Notes: generated by a model from the sequence alone, not told the origin. A DNA stretch of 63,434 bases, filler included, from Octopus bimaculoides (GCF_001194135.2; 5 parts of 4 records of this genome joined end to end with filler, not necessarily neighbours in it); one strand, 5' to 3'. Counted from the whole stretch's first letter, positions 1-12,052 are shown. Program-made: numbers and translations.

Positions 1-113
1 CAGACCAAGCTTCCCAACCACCTGGTTTTGGGTTCAGTCCCACTGCATGGCACGTTCGGGACGACCAAAGCCTCGTGAGTAGATTGGGGAGACGGAAACT
101 GAAAGAAGCTCGT

Positions 114-116
<3 letters not shown>
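1..116 (+). mobile_element. tRNA-derived SINE family A, partial copy
   Basis: Matches the repeat seen more than 10 times in the window (gcttcccaaccac..gggttcagtcccactgc..ggaaactgaaagaagc), followed by (TA)n. Confidence 0.85.
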
Positions 117-152
<36 letters not shown>

Positions 153-155
<3 letters not shown>

Positions 156-489
156 GCGAGATCTCACCTGCATCCATTTGCCATGCGCGAGATCACAACG
201 AGGCTCGCGATGGCAAACTGGATATAAGGGCCCGTCAAACAGATTGTATCTCTTCTTCACCGCCAGCGCTTGCTGAACACACATATTCACTGGCTGGGTC
301 TCCAGACTAGTCCTGTCAGCACGTCGTATCTCCAGAGGTAACGGGTCCACATTGACGGAGATACAACGAAACGGACACATCTTGCAACACGCTTCATCTA
401 TTCTGTGTAACTTGTAAATAAAACTGGTTGTGAACCGCATTTCCACTTGAAGACTTCTTTCCTCGCCTGCTGGAACCTGAAACAATACA
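153..489 (+). mobile_element. Probable solo LTR (3' part) of an LTR retrotransposon
   Basis: Island of about 50% GC with a TATA-like gatataagg near 220, AATAAA near 417, and an end in ...AATACA; the 5' TG end is lost in (TA)n. Confidence 0.45.
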
Positions 490-504
490 AAGAACAATTT
501 TAAG

Positions 505-542
505 GGGTTAGGGTTAGGGTTAGGGTTAGGGTTAGGGTTAGG
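505..542 (+). repeat. Interstitial telomere-type repeat (GGGTTA)6
   Basis: Six perfect GGGTTA units read directly. Confidence 0.95.
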
Positions 543-999
543 TAATTCAATCTAGGTCATTCCTGAATTAAATTACTGTTGACGTCAGTGGATGAGGAAA
601 GAAATTATAAAAATGAAAAACATATTTAAGAAGGTCATTTTTGTATTCAACTTTTTCTGACGTCAATAGATAGTGAAATAATAAAGAACAGACATTACGA
701 CAATTAGAAACAGAGAAATATAATCTAATAAAAAGGTTAGTCTTGTATACAACAATTGGCGATGTCACTAAAGAAAAAAAATAAAGATAAGAAACAGCAA
801 TTAGTTATCTATTTATTAAATGCATTAAACCTTTTAGAAGAATTAACCTTATTATATAATATGAAAGGCTATTATAATTAAGAATTGAAATATTTGAATG
901 TCTTTCGAAATTTATGGCAACATCTTATTGTAAAGTTTCCCTTAAAATTCAACAAAATTTAAATATATAATACATTTTTGCAAGGTAGAATTACCAATA

Positions 1000-1308
1000 T
1001 TGTGGACTACATTATTTAATGTATAGTGTAGTAGTTAGTATTAGGGGCTATAGCTGTTGTTTAGCTCCAGGTCAGTCCTGACCCTGAAGTTCCAGCTGTG
1101 ACCACCCCGCCTTTTATTCAGACAATGTATCAAGGACTACATTACCCAATGTATAAGTACAGTAGTTAGTATTAGGGGATATAGCTGTTGTTTAGCCCCA
1201 GGTCAGTCTTGATCCAGACAGACCACTGATCGAAGATGTTCCAAGTGTGACCATCTCATCTTTTATTTAGGCATAGTGTATCAAGGACTACAATAATCAA
1301 TGTGACCA
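1000..1308 (-). repeat. Two tandem units of a dispersed ~120-160 bp repeat family (also at 57680-59270)
   Basis: Repeated tagtattagggg.tatagctgttgtttag.cccaggtcagtc...atcaaggactaca; reverse complement of the units at 58.7-59.2 kb. Confidence 0.75.
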
Positions 1309-1448
1309 CTACTGTTCCTCAAAGAAGTCACAAGAGCCTCCCTCGGCTGCTATTTCTGTAGAATGAATCAAAGGGTGAGGGGGACAAAAGACCTGATTGG
1401 GCGCGGACGGTGCGGTGGGAATTCGGAAACGGTGTGGAGATTGCATAA

Positions 1449-1516
1449 ATGCATAAATTAACGGTGGCTCCACCGGATATTGAAGCGGGATTAGCATCTG
1501 GGAGTGTCTACATAAG
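1449..1516 (+). CDS. Candidate first coding exon (MHKLTVAPPDIEAGLASGSVYI, phase 2)
   Basis: ATG at 1449, frame open to the strong donor AAG|GTATGT at 1517; reverse CCAAT box and a GC-rich tract lie upstream. Confidence 0.25.
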
Positions 1517-1621
1517 GTATGTGTGTGTGCTCACGTGAGTGCATGTGTATGTGTGTATAGGTACGAGTGTGTTTTATATCTATCTGTCTATCGAGCTACC
1601 TATCTATCGCTCCGTCCCCTC

Positions 1622-1654
<33 letters not shown>

Positions 1655-1661
1655 ATATATG

Positions 1662-1812
1662 TAGGTGTGTGGTAAGAAGCTTGCTTCCCAACCACATGGT
1701 TTCGGGTTCAGTCCCACTGCGTGGCACCTTGGACAAAGTGTCTTTTACTATAGCGTCAGGCCGACCAAATCCTTGTGGGCGGATTTGATAGACGGAAACT
1801 GAAAGAAGCCCA
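1662..1812 (+). mobile_element. SINE family A
   Basis: Near full-length match to the family consensus, with tRNA-like head gtgtggtaagaagcttgcttcccaaccacatggtttcgggttcagtccc. Confidence 0.9.
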
Positions 1813-3017
1813 TCTATCTATCTATCGCTCCGTCTCCCCTACACACACACACACACACATTATTAGAACTTACCACACAAGATTCTGTTCAAATGCACTT
1901 TTCTTGTAATTGTCTGTGTGTGTGTGTTTATATTAATGTGTTTGTTTATATATTAATATATATGTTGTGCTTGGGGATGGTCATATTGCCAGTTTAGCCA
2001 ATAAAAACACACGCACTGTATATTTCGTCCTTCTCTATTAATATATACATATTGATATATGTATATATATGGGGGATCAGTGTTTAGGCGTTAGTTTACC
2101 ATTTTATGGTTTTAGCATATGACCCCGAACTACGGGGTCAAGATTAAGCCAACAAGAGAGAGAGATTTGGGTTTTCGGAGGGATTTGGGGGAACTAGATA
2201 TGTTTTAGGCGTTGTTTGTCTGCCCTCGATTGTGGCCACCAACAATCAAGGGCATAAGCTCTCTTACCACGTCAAGGTCACGCCAACAAGAGAGAGGGAC
2301 TTGGGTTTTGGGGGTGGGGGCCATACATAATCCGATGTATAATGAACATGAGGTTTGGGGGTTGGAGGCGAAGAAAACGTACGAGGGGAAGGGTGCGACA
2401 GTGGAATGGGTGTGGAGGGGGGTAAAACATTCAATCGAACGCATAATGGGCGGGGNNNNNNNNNNNNNNNNNNNNNNNNNNNNNNNNNNNNNNNNNNNNN
2501 NNNNNNNNNNNNNNNNNNNNNNNNNNNNNNNNNNNNNNNNNNNNNNNNNNNNNNNNNNNNNNNNNNNNNNNNNNNNNNNNNNNNNNNNNNNNNNNNNNNN
2601 NNNNNNNNNNNNNNNNNNNNNNNNNNNNNNNNNNNNNNNNNNNNNNNNNNNNNNNNNNNNNNNNNNNNNNNNNNNNNNNNNNNNNNNNNNNNNNNNNNNN
2701 NNNNNNNNNNNNNNNNNNNNNNNNNNNNNNNNNNNNNNNNNNNNNNNNNNNNNNNNNNNNNNNNNNNNNNNNNNNNNNNNNNNNNNNNNNNNNNNNNNNN
2801 NNNNNNNNNNNNNNNNNNNNNNNNNNNNNNNNNNNNNNNNNNNNNNNNNNNNNNNNNNNNNNNNNNNNNNNNNNNNNNNNNNNNNNNNNNNNNNNNNNNN
2901 NNNNNNNNNNNNNNNNNNNNNNNNNNNNNNNNNNNNNNNNNNNNNNNNNNNNNNNNNNNNNNNNNNNNNNNNNNNNNNNNNNNNNNNNNNNNNNNNNNNN
3001 NNNNNNNNNNNNNNNNN

Positions 3018-3530
3018 TCTTTTTCTCTATCAGCCTCGCCAATATATGTGGCCGAGGGTGAAGGCTCCTTTCGTTCCCTTTCTCTCTATCAGCCTCGTCG
3101 CTGCCTGCCTCTACAGTTAGCGACGAAGGTGAGCTCCTTTCACACTTCGCTTTTTCTCTATCAGCCCCGCCTCTATCTGCATCTACAGTTAGCGACGAAG
3201 GTGAGCTCCGTTCTCCCTCCATTCTCATCACACTCTCTCCTATCAGCCCCGCCTCTATCTGCATTCTACAGTTAGCGGCGAGGGTGAGCTCCGATCTCAC
3301 TCCCTCTCATTCCGAATCAGACTCACCTCCCTGCATCTACAGTAGAGACGAGAATAAGCTCCATCCTCTCTTCTCCCTCTCTCTCTTTCTCTCCCCTCAT
3401 CCTTAATCAACCGCACCACTATCTGCATCTACAGTAGGAACGAGGCTGAGCTCCTCTTTCTCTACCCCCTCTCTCTCTCTCTCTCTCTCTCTCTTTCAGC
3501 CTCGTTTCTATCTGCATCTACAGAACGATG
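3018..3530 (+). repeat. Minisatellite, about 6 units of 70-92 bp with core tctgcatctacagttagcgacgaaggtgagctcc
   Basis: Core recurs near 3110, 3183, 3265, 3336, 3428 and 3518, decaying progressively. Confidence 0.85.
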
Positions 3531-4802
3531 TGATTCAAATCACACACATTTTTACTGAGATGAGGGGATTCATTTTTTTTTTTTATGAATGAAATAATGA
3601 AAGGCGAAATATAAACCACCAAGTGGTCAGTTATCACTATTCCATAGAATAGGAATGATATTAAATGAGCCGACTGTAGGCCTTTTATAGACAAAAGTTC
3701 GCTGACGTCACGTTTGGAATATTTCAAAGTTTTGTTATGAAGTCATAATAGACTGGCGTATTATTTTTCGCCTNNNNNNNNNNNNNNNNNNNNNNNNNNN
3801 NNNNNNNNNNNNNNNNNNNNNNNNNNNNNNNNNNNNNNNNNNNNNNNNNNNNNNNNNNNNNNNNNNNNNNNNNNNNNNNNNNNNNNNNNNNNNNNNNNNN
3901 NNNNNNNNNNNNNNNNNNNNNNNNNNNNNNNNNNNNNNNNNNNNNNNNNNNNNNNNNNNNNNNNNNNNNNNNNNNNNNNNNNNNNNNNNNNNNNNNNNNN
4001 NNNNNNNNNNNNNNNNNNNNNNNNNNNNNNNNNNNNNNNNNNNNNNNNNNNNNNNNNNNNNNNNNNNNNNNNNNNNNNNNNNNNNNNNNNNNNNNNNNNN
4101 NNNNNNNNNNNNNNNNNNNNNNNNNNNNNNNNNNNNNNNNNNNNNNNNNNNNNNNNNNNNNNNNNNNNNNNNNNNNNNNNNNNNNNNNNNNNNNNNNNNN
4201 NNNNNNNNNNNNNNNNNNNNNNNNNNNNNNNNNNNNNNNNNNNNNNNNNNNNNNNNNNNNNNNNNNNNNNNNNNNNNNNNNNNNNNNNNNNNNNNNNNNN
4301 NNNNNNNNNNNNNNNNNNNNNNNNNNNNNNNNNNNNNNNNNNNNNNNNNNNNNNNNNNNNNNNNNNNNNNNNNNNNNNNNNNNNNNNNNNNNNNNNNNNN
4401 NNNNNNNNNNNNNNNNNNNNNNNNNNNNNNNNNNNNNNNNNNNNNNNNNNNNNNNNNNNNNNNNNNNNNNNNNNNNNNNNNNNNNNNNNNNNNNNNNNNN
4501 NNNNNNNNNNNNNNNNNNNNNNNNNNNNNNNNNNNNNNNNNNNNNNNNNNNNNNNNNNNNNNNNNNNNNNNNNNNNNNNNNNNNNNNNNNNNNNNNNNNN
4601 NNNNNNNNNNNNNNNNNNNNNNNNNNNNNNNNNNNNNNNNNNNNNNNNNNNNNNNNNNNNNNNNNNNNNNNNNNNNNNNNNNNNNNNNNNNNNNNNNNNN
4701 NNNNNTATATATATATATATATATATCTTCTCAAACGCAGGATAATGCTAGTAATATAGCCTGAACAGGATAAGCTACCCCTATTTTGCAGAAAAAAAGT
4801 GT

Positions 4803-4881
4803 TGGCAGCCAGCTATGGGACTCGAACTCACACCGCCGTGGTTACGCGTCGCGGTGCTCTAAACCATTAAGCTAAACTGCC
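4803..4881 (-). tRNA. tRNA-like gene or pseudogene (Thr-CGT-like) with Pol III terminator
   Basis: Reverse complement is GGCAGTT TAGCTTAATGG..AGAGC A CCGCGA CGCGTAA CCACGG CGGT GTGAG TTCGAGT CCCAT AGCT GGCTGCC A. Box A and box B are near-consensus, there is a 4-nt insertion before the acceptor 3' strand, and a T7 run lies about 5 nt downstream. Confidence 0.6.
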
Positions 4882-6214
4882 CTCAGGGGAGGGCATGGCC
4901 TCAGTCTGATTGAAACAAGTAATAGATAGATGGACAGACAGACAGACAGAGATTAATCGGGGTTCGATTCCCAGACAAGGTGATGCATTGTGGTTTTGGA
5001 CAGAAACACTGCCTTTCACACTGCCCTGTGGTCACTTCGCCACCTGACGTGTGGTACACTTGTGCATCTGTTCGAGCAATGCCGATTTGGTAGAGGGGCA
5101 TGAGCTGCTTAAAAATCCCAAACGCCTGAACACAAGAAAACAAATCATTTGTAAAAGTAGTTTAACCAGAAAATACTGACAACTCCCATACATCGTGTTC
5201 GATGGTGGAATAGCGGGGGGGGAGGGGGGTCCGTCACTGCTGCGATGGTTGCTACCGCCGTTGTTTTCATTATTATTGTTGCATTAATAGTTGTAATAGA
5301 CAGTGTTTGTTAATATATATTAAACACAATACATTTTCCTTCCTTTTCCAACCACTCCTAGTTTAAATGCTCCTGTTTCTACAATGGCAAACAAATTTTG
5401 CTTTTGTTTGCGGGCGACAAGANNNNNNNNNNNNNNNNNNNNNNNNNNNNNNNNNNNNNNNNNNNNNNNNNNNNNNNNNNNNNNNNNNNNNNNNNNNNNN
5501 NNNNNNNNNNNNNNNNNNNNNNNNNNNNNNNNNNNNNNNNNNNNNNNNNNNNNNNNNNNNNNNNNNNNNNNNNNNNNNNNNNNNNNNNNNNNNNNNNNNN
5601 NNNNNNNNNNNNNNNNNNNNNNNNNNNNNNNNNNNNNNNNNNNNNNNNNNNNNNNNNNNNNNNNNNNNNNNNNNNNNNNNNNNNNNNNNNNNNNNNNNNN
5701 NNNNNNNNNNNNNNNNNNNNNNNNNNNNNNNNNNNNNNNNNNNNNNNNNNNNNNNNNNNNNNNNNNNNNNNNNNNNNNNNNNNNNNNNNNNNNNNNNNNN
5801 NNNNNNNNNNNNNNNNNNNNNNNNNNNNNNNNNNNNNNNNNNNNNNNNNNNNNNNNNNNNNNNNNNNNNNNNNNNNNNNNNNNNNNNNNNNNNNNNNNNN
5901 NNNNNNNNNNNNNNNNNNNNNNNNNNNNNNNNNNNNNNNNNNNNNNNNNNNNNNNGAGAGAGAGAGAGATGGGTGGGTGAGGGGGTGCGTGTGTGTATGT
6001 GTCTATGCATGTATGTATGCATGTATGAATGCTTGTATGTAGGTATGTAGGCATCTATGTATGTATGTTGTTATTCAGTTTTGTTTCAAGATTTCTTACC
6101 AATAAAGGGCTGGTTTAAAACCTATATCTAAGACTCCATCATTGGATTTTCAACATCAACAGGGTATGTATGTATGTATGTATATATGTATGTATATGTA
6201 TGTATGTATGTATG

Positions 6215-6257
<43 letters not shown>

Positions 6258-6299
6258 ATCATTATTCACTTTTATTTTAAGATTTCTCGCCAATACATA

Positions 6300-6630
6300 A
6301 GGAGCTGCTTACTAATCGGCGATCCTCCAAAATGGCAGCTTCCACTTCATGGATGGTGTCGTCATCAATGGCGGAATGTGGTCGCCAGGCATCGGAGCAG
6401 TTACCATCGATGTCCGACCACATTGGAATTGGCGATGCCAGTGCTTGACTCCATCATATGACGGTGCATCGTCACCATAAACTTCTTTCATCTCATCGAA
6501 AGTCTCTTTTGGTGTACGACCTTTGAAGTATAAGAACCTGATCACTGATCTGCATCCAATTTCCTCCATTATAACACCTTAGTCCACTTCAGCAGCCGTA
6601 AAAGACAAACGAATATTAGTGGAATGCTGC
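6300..6630 (-). mobile_element. Mariner (Mos1/SETMAR-like) transposase N-terminal HTH fragment
   Basis: ORF 6312-6569 MEEIGCRSVIRFLYFKGRTPKETFDEMKEVYGDDAPSYDGVKHWHRQFQCGRTS fits the mariner paired-HTH pattern; truncated. Confidence 0.9.
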
Positions 6631-6983
6631 AGTTTCGTGAGGCGCAATGGCCCAGTGGTTAGGGCAGCGGACACGCGGTCATAGGATCNNNNNNNNNNCA
6701 ACAACAGCTGCAATTTACAATGTGACATGTAGAGACATGTATGATTATATCTGTACAAATTCCGTTTCCTACAATAAGTAAGTCGGGGGAAATCTTTAAT
6801 AAACACCCCTCGAAAATATATAGGAGATTCAGCGTGACACAGAATGTGACAAGGCCGGCCCTTTGAAATGCAGGTTAAACTAATTTTTTCCAGTTGACTG
6901 AACGGGAGCAGCGCGAAATGTTTGGCATTCCCATCGGTTACAATAACGAACCTTTCAGTTGATACTGGTGTAATTATACTCCC

Positions 6984-7053
<70 letters not shown>

Positions 7054-7428
7054 CATACATACATACATACATACATACAGACAGACATAAAAAGGATCAC
7101 AAAAGTAGAGCNNNNNNNNNNNNNNNNNNNNNNNNNNNNNNNNNNNNNNNNNNNNTTAATTAATTAANNNNNNNNNNNNNNNNNNNNNNNNNNNNNNNNN
7201 NNNNNNNNNNNAACAACAACAACAACAACCCAACTTAATCAGAATGAGTTTAAAGGTCTATAGAATTATAACGGAAGAAGCCTTACACACATGCACGCAC
7301 GCGCACACACGCACACACACACATTTATATATATATGTTGGTGATGTTATATGTATTTATAAACATTCGAAAGAACCGGAAAAGTATATACCTCTAAATA
7401 GATGTGTACTGTGCTCTGTGTGTGTGTG

Positions 7429-7482
<54 letters not shown>

Positions 7483-7737
7483 GCGCGTGCGTATCTGCGC
7501 ACGTTAGTGTGTGTATGTACTAAATGCGTCTGCTCATAGCGGAGCGTACACGTTTTGGGAAATTCGAAGCGGAACAAGGAACCCAATGATTAGAGAACCA
7601 TTACATTACATATTGTAGATATTTCAATAAAAAGAAAGAAGAAAGTACAATATTTGTGTTAAAAATAATACTAAAAATAGATAAAAACTGATCATAGCTG
7701 GAATCTACTCAATCAAACCTGACCTTGGTCTAGGCAG

Positions 7738-8250
7738 TGCAGCATCAACAAGAACGCGCTCTGGCATATATTTAAAAAGCTGCTACGTGTCTTTGGCACC
7801 GCAGCAGAACAAGACCCATTTATAAATATGCAGTGATAGTCATTTACACACTACGACAGAAATCGAACGCACTTGCTTTACTCCTAAGATAAGGAGGTCA
7901 AGTCTCCCTCAAAGCCTACACTATCATCATACGGGTCAACTGCATATATTCGATAGTAAATATAGTACCAGTTACAGATATCCTTCACATTACGAAAGCC
8001 TTCTTTGAAAGCTTGTTGTAACGCGAAACCTACCTTGCCACCGGTTTCAATGATCTTTGAAATGTATGGGAAGATGCACTTCGCTTTATGGAAGTCCTCA
8101 CTGCAGTAAGATTTTCGTGAACATAACTTTTTCGTAAAGCGATGGATGAATTCATGACCGAAGCAAAAGACTGAGATTTTAGTGACTGGGAGGTCTTTGG
8201 AAAGAATATCAACCGGATCATGACTGACCGAATGCTAAACTACAATAGTA
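7738..8250 (+). pseudogene. Decayed reading frame of unknown origin
   Basis: One frame reads ITKAFFESLL*RETYLATGFNDL*NVWEDALRFMEVLTAVRFS*T*LFRKAMDEFMTEAKD*DFSDWEVFGKNINRIMTDRMLNYN; all stops are TAA or TGA, each one C>T change from CAA or CGA. Confidence 0.45.
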
Positions 8251-8267
8251 CTAGTAATATATAGTGG

Positions 8268-8640
8268 CACTCCGTCGGTTACGACGAGGGTACCAGTTGA
8301 GCCGATCAACGAAACAGCCTGCTCGCGAAATCAACGTGCAAGTGGCTGAACACTCCACAGACACGTGTACCCTTATCGTAGTTCTCGGGGAGATTCAGCG
8401 TGACACAGTGTGACAAGGCTGACCCTTTGAATTACAGACACAATAGAAACAGGAAGTAAGAGTGAGAGAAAGTTGTGGTGAAAGAGTACAGCAGGGTTCG
8501 TCACCATCCCCTGCCGGAGCCTCATGGAGATTTAGGTGTTTTCGCTCAATAAACACTCACAACGCCCGGTGTGGGAATCGAAACCGCGATCCTACGACTG
8601 TGAGTCCGCTACCCTAACCACTGGGCCATCGTGCCTCCAC
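8268..8640 (-). mobile_element. tRNA-derived SINE family C, near full length
   Basis: Reverse complement begins ggaggcacgatggcccagtggttagggtagcggactcacagtcgtaggatcgcggtttcgattccc; the same head occurs at 6638-6688 on +. Confidence 0.9.
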
Positions 8641-8654
8641 AATAGTAATATAGA

Positions 8655-8850
8655 AGGCGCGAGATAGCAGAAACGTTAGCACGCCGGACGAAATGCTTAG
8701 CGGTATTTCGTCTGCCGCTACGTTCTGAGTTCAAATTCCGCCGATGTCGACTTTGCTTTTTCTCCTTTCGGAGTCAACAAAATGGGTACCGATTAAGTAC
8801 TGGGTCGATGTAATCGACTAATCTCTGCCCCCGAAATTACTGGCCTTCTA
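8655..8850 (+). mobile_element. SINE family B
   Basis: ggc..agcagaaacgttagcacgccgg..tacgttctgagttcaaattccgcc..gtcgactttgc consensus, with more than 12 copies in the window. Confidence 0.9.
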
Positions 8851-9303
8851 CAAAAACTTCAAACAAATATCAGCCAGCAGCATAGTACTACGGATTGCAA
8901 AATTGACAGAGCATCATACAAAATAATTTCTTTTATTTGATTATACACTTTTGCATCCTGGGTTCAAACCCAATCCAGTCTTTCTTCAACGGGTCGATAA
9001 AATAAAGCATTAACGAAGTACTCTAGTCAGAAAAAAGTACAGCCAATTCTCGCTAATTGTTTTAGATACCTATTCTTTTACCTATAACCTGTTATAGCCA
9101 TTCGACCGCGAACATGGTGGGACACAGCCTTCAAAGGTTTAGACGAACAACTTGCCCCAAAATTTCATTTTAAAATCTGGTTCGTACTATGTTTGTCATT
9201 CATTTCAAGCCGCTAGTTTGGGCCGATATAAATAAGCCAACATCAGCAGTCAAAAGATGATTGAGGAAAAGACACAAAGACATATATACATATATATATA
9301 TAT

Positions 9304-9463
9304 GAGAAGCTTCTTTCAGTTTCCGTCTACCAAATCCACTCACAAGGTTTTGGTTGGCTCGAGGCTACAGTACAAGGCACTTGCCCAAGGTGCCATGCAG
9401 TGCGATTCAACCCTGGAACCATGTGGTTGCTAAGCAAGCTACTTACCACAATCCACTCCTGCG

Positions 9464-9465
<2 letters not shown>
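9304..9465 (-). mobile_element. SINE family A
   Basis: Reverse-complement match to the consensus. Confidence 0.9.
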
Positions 9466-9494
<29 letters not shown>

Positions 9495-10370
9495 NNNNNN
9501 NNNNNNNNNNNNNNNNNNNNNNNNNNNNNNNNNNNNNNNNNNNNNNNNNNNNNNNNNNNNNNNNNNNNNNNNNNNNNNNNNNNNNNNNNNNNNNNNNNNN
9601 NNNNNNNNNNNNNNNNNNNNNNNNNNNNNNNNNNNNNNNNNNNNNNNNNNNNNNNNNNNNNNNNNNNNNNNNNNNNNNNNNNNNNNNNNNNNNNNNNNNN
9701 NNNNNNNNNNNNNNNNNNNNNNNNNNNNNNNNNNNNNNNNNNNNNNNNNNNNNNNNNNNNNNNNNNNNNNNNNNNNNNNNNNNNNNNNNNNNNNNNNNNN
9801 NNNNNNNNNNNNNNNNNNNNNNNNNNNNNNNNNNNNNNNNNNNNNNNNNNNNNNNNNNNNNNNNNNNNNNNNNNNNNNNNNNNNNNNNNNNNNNNNNNNN
9901 NNNNNNNNNNNNNNNNNNNNNNNNNNNNNNNNCATAGATAACTAGAATACCAACAAACATACCTGCATGGATACACATACACATATACATGCACACATAT
10001 ATACATGCATTCATGCATACGTACAGCCCTAAAATGCATAAACATGCATTACAACACCAACAAAAAAATACGCACATGCACATACATAATACATCAACAT
10101 ACATACACACACATACACACATACACACACGCACGCATATATACACATGCATACAAAACCAACACACACACACATTAGTGTAATACTAACAAGCACACAC
10201 GTATGCCTAAATACAGCACCAACACACACACACACACTGATGCATTACTACCAACAAACATACACACACGCAAACATAATCACTGCAGTATCATACATAT
10301 AAGCATAAACACGCACAGACACACACACACAAAACACACGTACAACACACACATATTACTATAGTACAAT

Positions 10371-10405
<35 letters not shown>

Positions 10406-11682
10406 ACCAGAGCATCAACATGCACTCACACAAACACACAAATTCATACACGCACACACATACACACGCATGCACACCCGCATTATTATACCGCACACAC
10501 AGACACAGCAACCATTCCGCATATTCGATTCAGCCATAGAGCCTCTATGTGGTTGCTAGAAATAGCAGCCAAATCTCCGTTAGATGATATCTCAGTTGCA
10601 TGAATATTGAGCATGATGTAGAATTTAGTTGTAAATATATAGAAATAGTTGGAATGGATGATCAGGTATGGAATGTCTTTGATCAGATCGAGACCGACCT
10701 CCTGTTAATCAAGAACAACCGAAATGAGATAAACAGACTAACCTACCTGCATACAAACACACTTACATACATACATACATACATGCATACATACATACAT
10801 GCATACATACATACATACATACGTACATGCATATGTGCATATATGCTTACATAAGCATAAACCTACATGCATATATGCATACATATGTACTTACATATAT
10901 AAGTACATGCATATATATATATATATACCAGGCTTACAGAGAATTACTCCTGCGGTCGATTTCTTCGACTAAAATGTGGTGCTCCAGCATGGCCGCAGTC
11001 ATGAATAAAAGAAAGTAAGGAATATACGTTTATACATATATATACACACACAGTTACATACACGTATGCATACATGCAGACATATGAACATATACATAAT
11101 AGACATATGGTTACATAGATATCTATTTACGCATACATCCCTATGTATATACATAAGTGTATATATATATATATNNNNNNNNNNNNNNNNNNNNNNNNNN
11201 NNNNNNNNNNNNNNNNNNNNNNNNNNNNNNNNNNNNNNNNNNNNNNNNNNNNNNNNNNNNNNNNNNNNNNNNNNNNNNNNNNNNNNNNNNNNNNNNNNNN
11301 NNNNNNNNNNNNNNNNNNNNNNNNNNNNNNNNNNNNNNNNNNNNNNNNNNNNNNNNNNNNNNNNNNNNNNNNNNNNNNNNNNNNNNNNNNNNNNNNNNNN
11401 NNNNNNNNNNNNNNNNNNNNNNNNNNNNNNNNNNNNNNNNNNNNNNNNNNNNNNNNNNNNNNNNNNNNNNNNNNNNNNNNNNNNNNNNNNNNNNNNNNNN
11501 NNNNNNNNNNNNNNNNNNNNNNNNNNNNNNNNNNNNNNNNNNNNNNNNNNNNNNNNNNNNNNNNNNNNNNNNNNNNNNNNGTGTATGTATATATATATAT
11601 GAGGGTGCATATAAGTATATAATATATGTATACATACACATATACATATATATACATTTTTATATGTGTATACTCTCTTTTT

Positions 11683-12052
11683 ACTCTTTTACTTGTTTCA
11701 GTCATTTAGTCGAGCAAATCGACCCCAGGACTCAATCTTTGTAAGCCTAGTACTTATTCTATCGGATCTTTTGCCGAACCGCCAAGTCACGGGAACGTAA
11801 ACAAACCACCATCGGTTGTCTAGCGATGTTGGGTGGACAAACACATACACACAAATATATACATACACATACATATATACACATATATACGACGGCTTCT
11901 TTCAGTTTCCGTCTACCAAATCCACTCACAAGGCTTTGGTCAGTCCGACGCTATAGTAGAAAACACTTGACCAAGTTGCCACATAGTGGGACTGAACCCG
12001 GAACCATGTGATTCGTAAGCAAGCTACTTACCACGCAGCCACTCCTGCGCCT
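11683..12052 (-). mobile_element. Composite: repeat family E segment (11683-11840) plus SINE family A (11892-12052)
   Basis: The ttttacttgtttcagtcatt..gtcgagcaaatcgaccccaggact segment recurs at 15605, 59775 and 62805; SINE A lies on the minus strand. Confidence 0.85.

Noticed and set aside
3018-3530. CRISPR-like repeat-spacer appearance
   Set aside because: Eukaryotic context, spacers homologous to each other, repeats decay progressively, and no cas genes
7156-7167. TTAATTAATTAA inside N runs (also 20170-20181, 31429-31440, 56206-56217)
   Set aside because: An identical palindromic all-frame-stop 12-mer always embedded in Ns is an assembly or scaffolding linker, not biology
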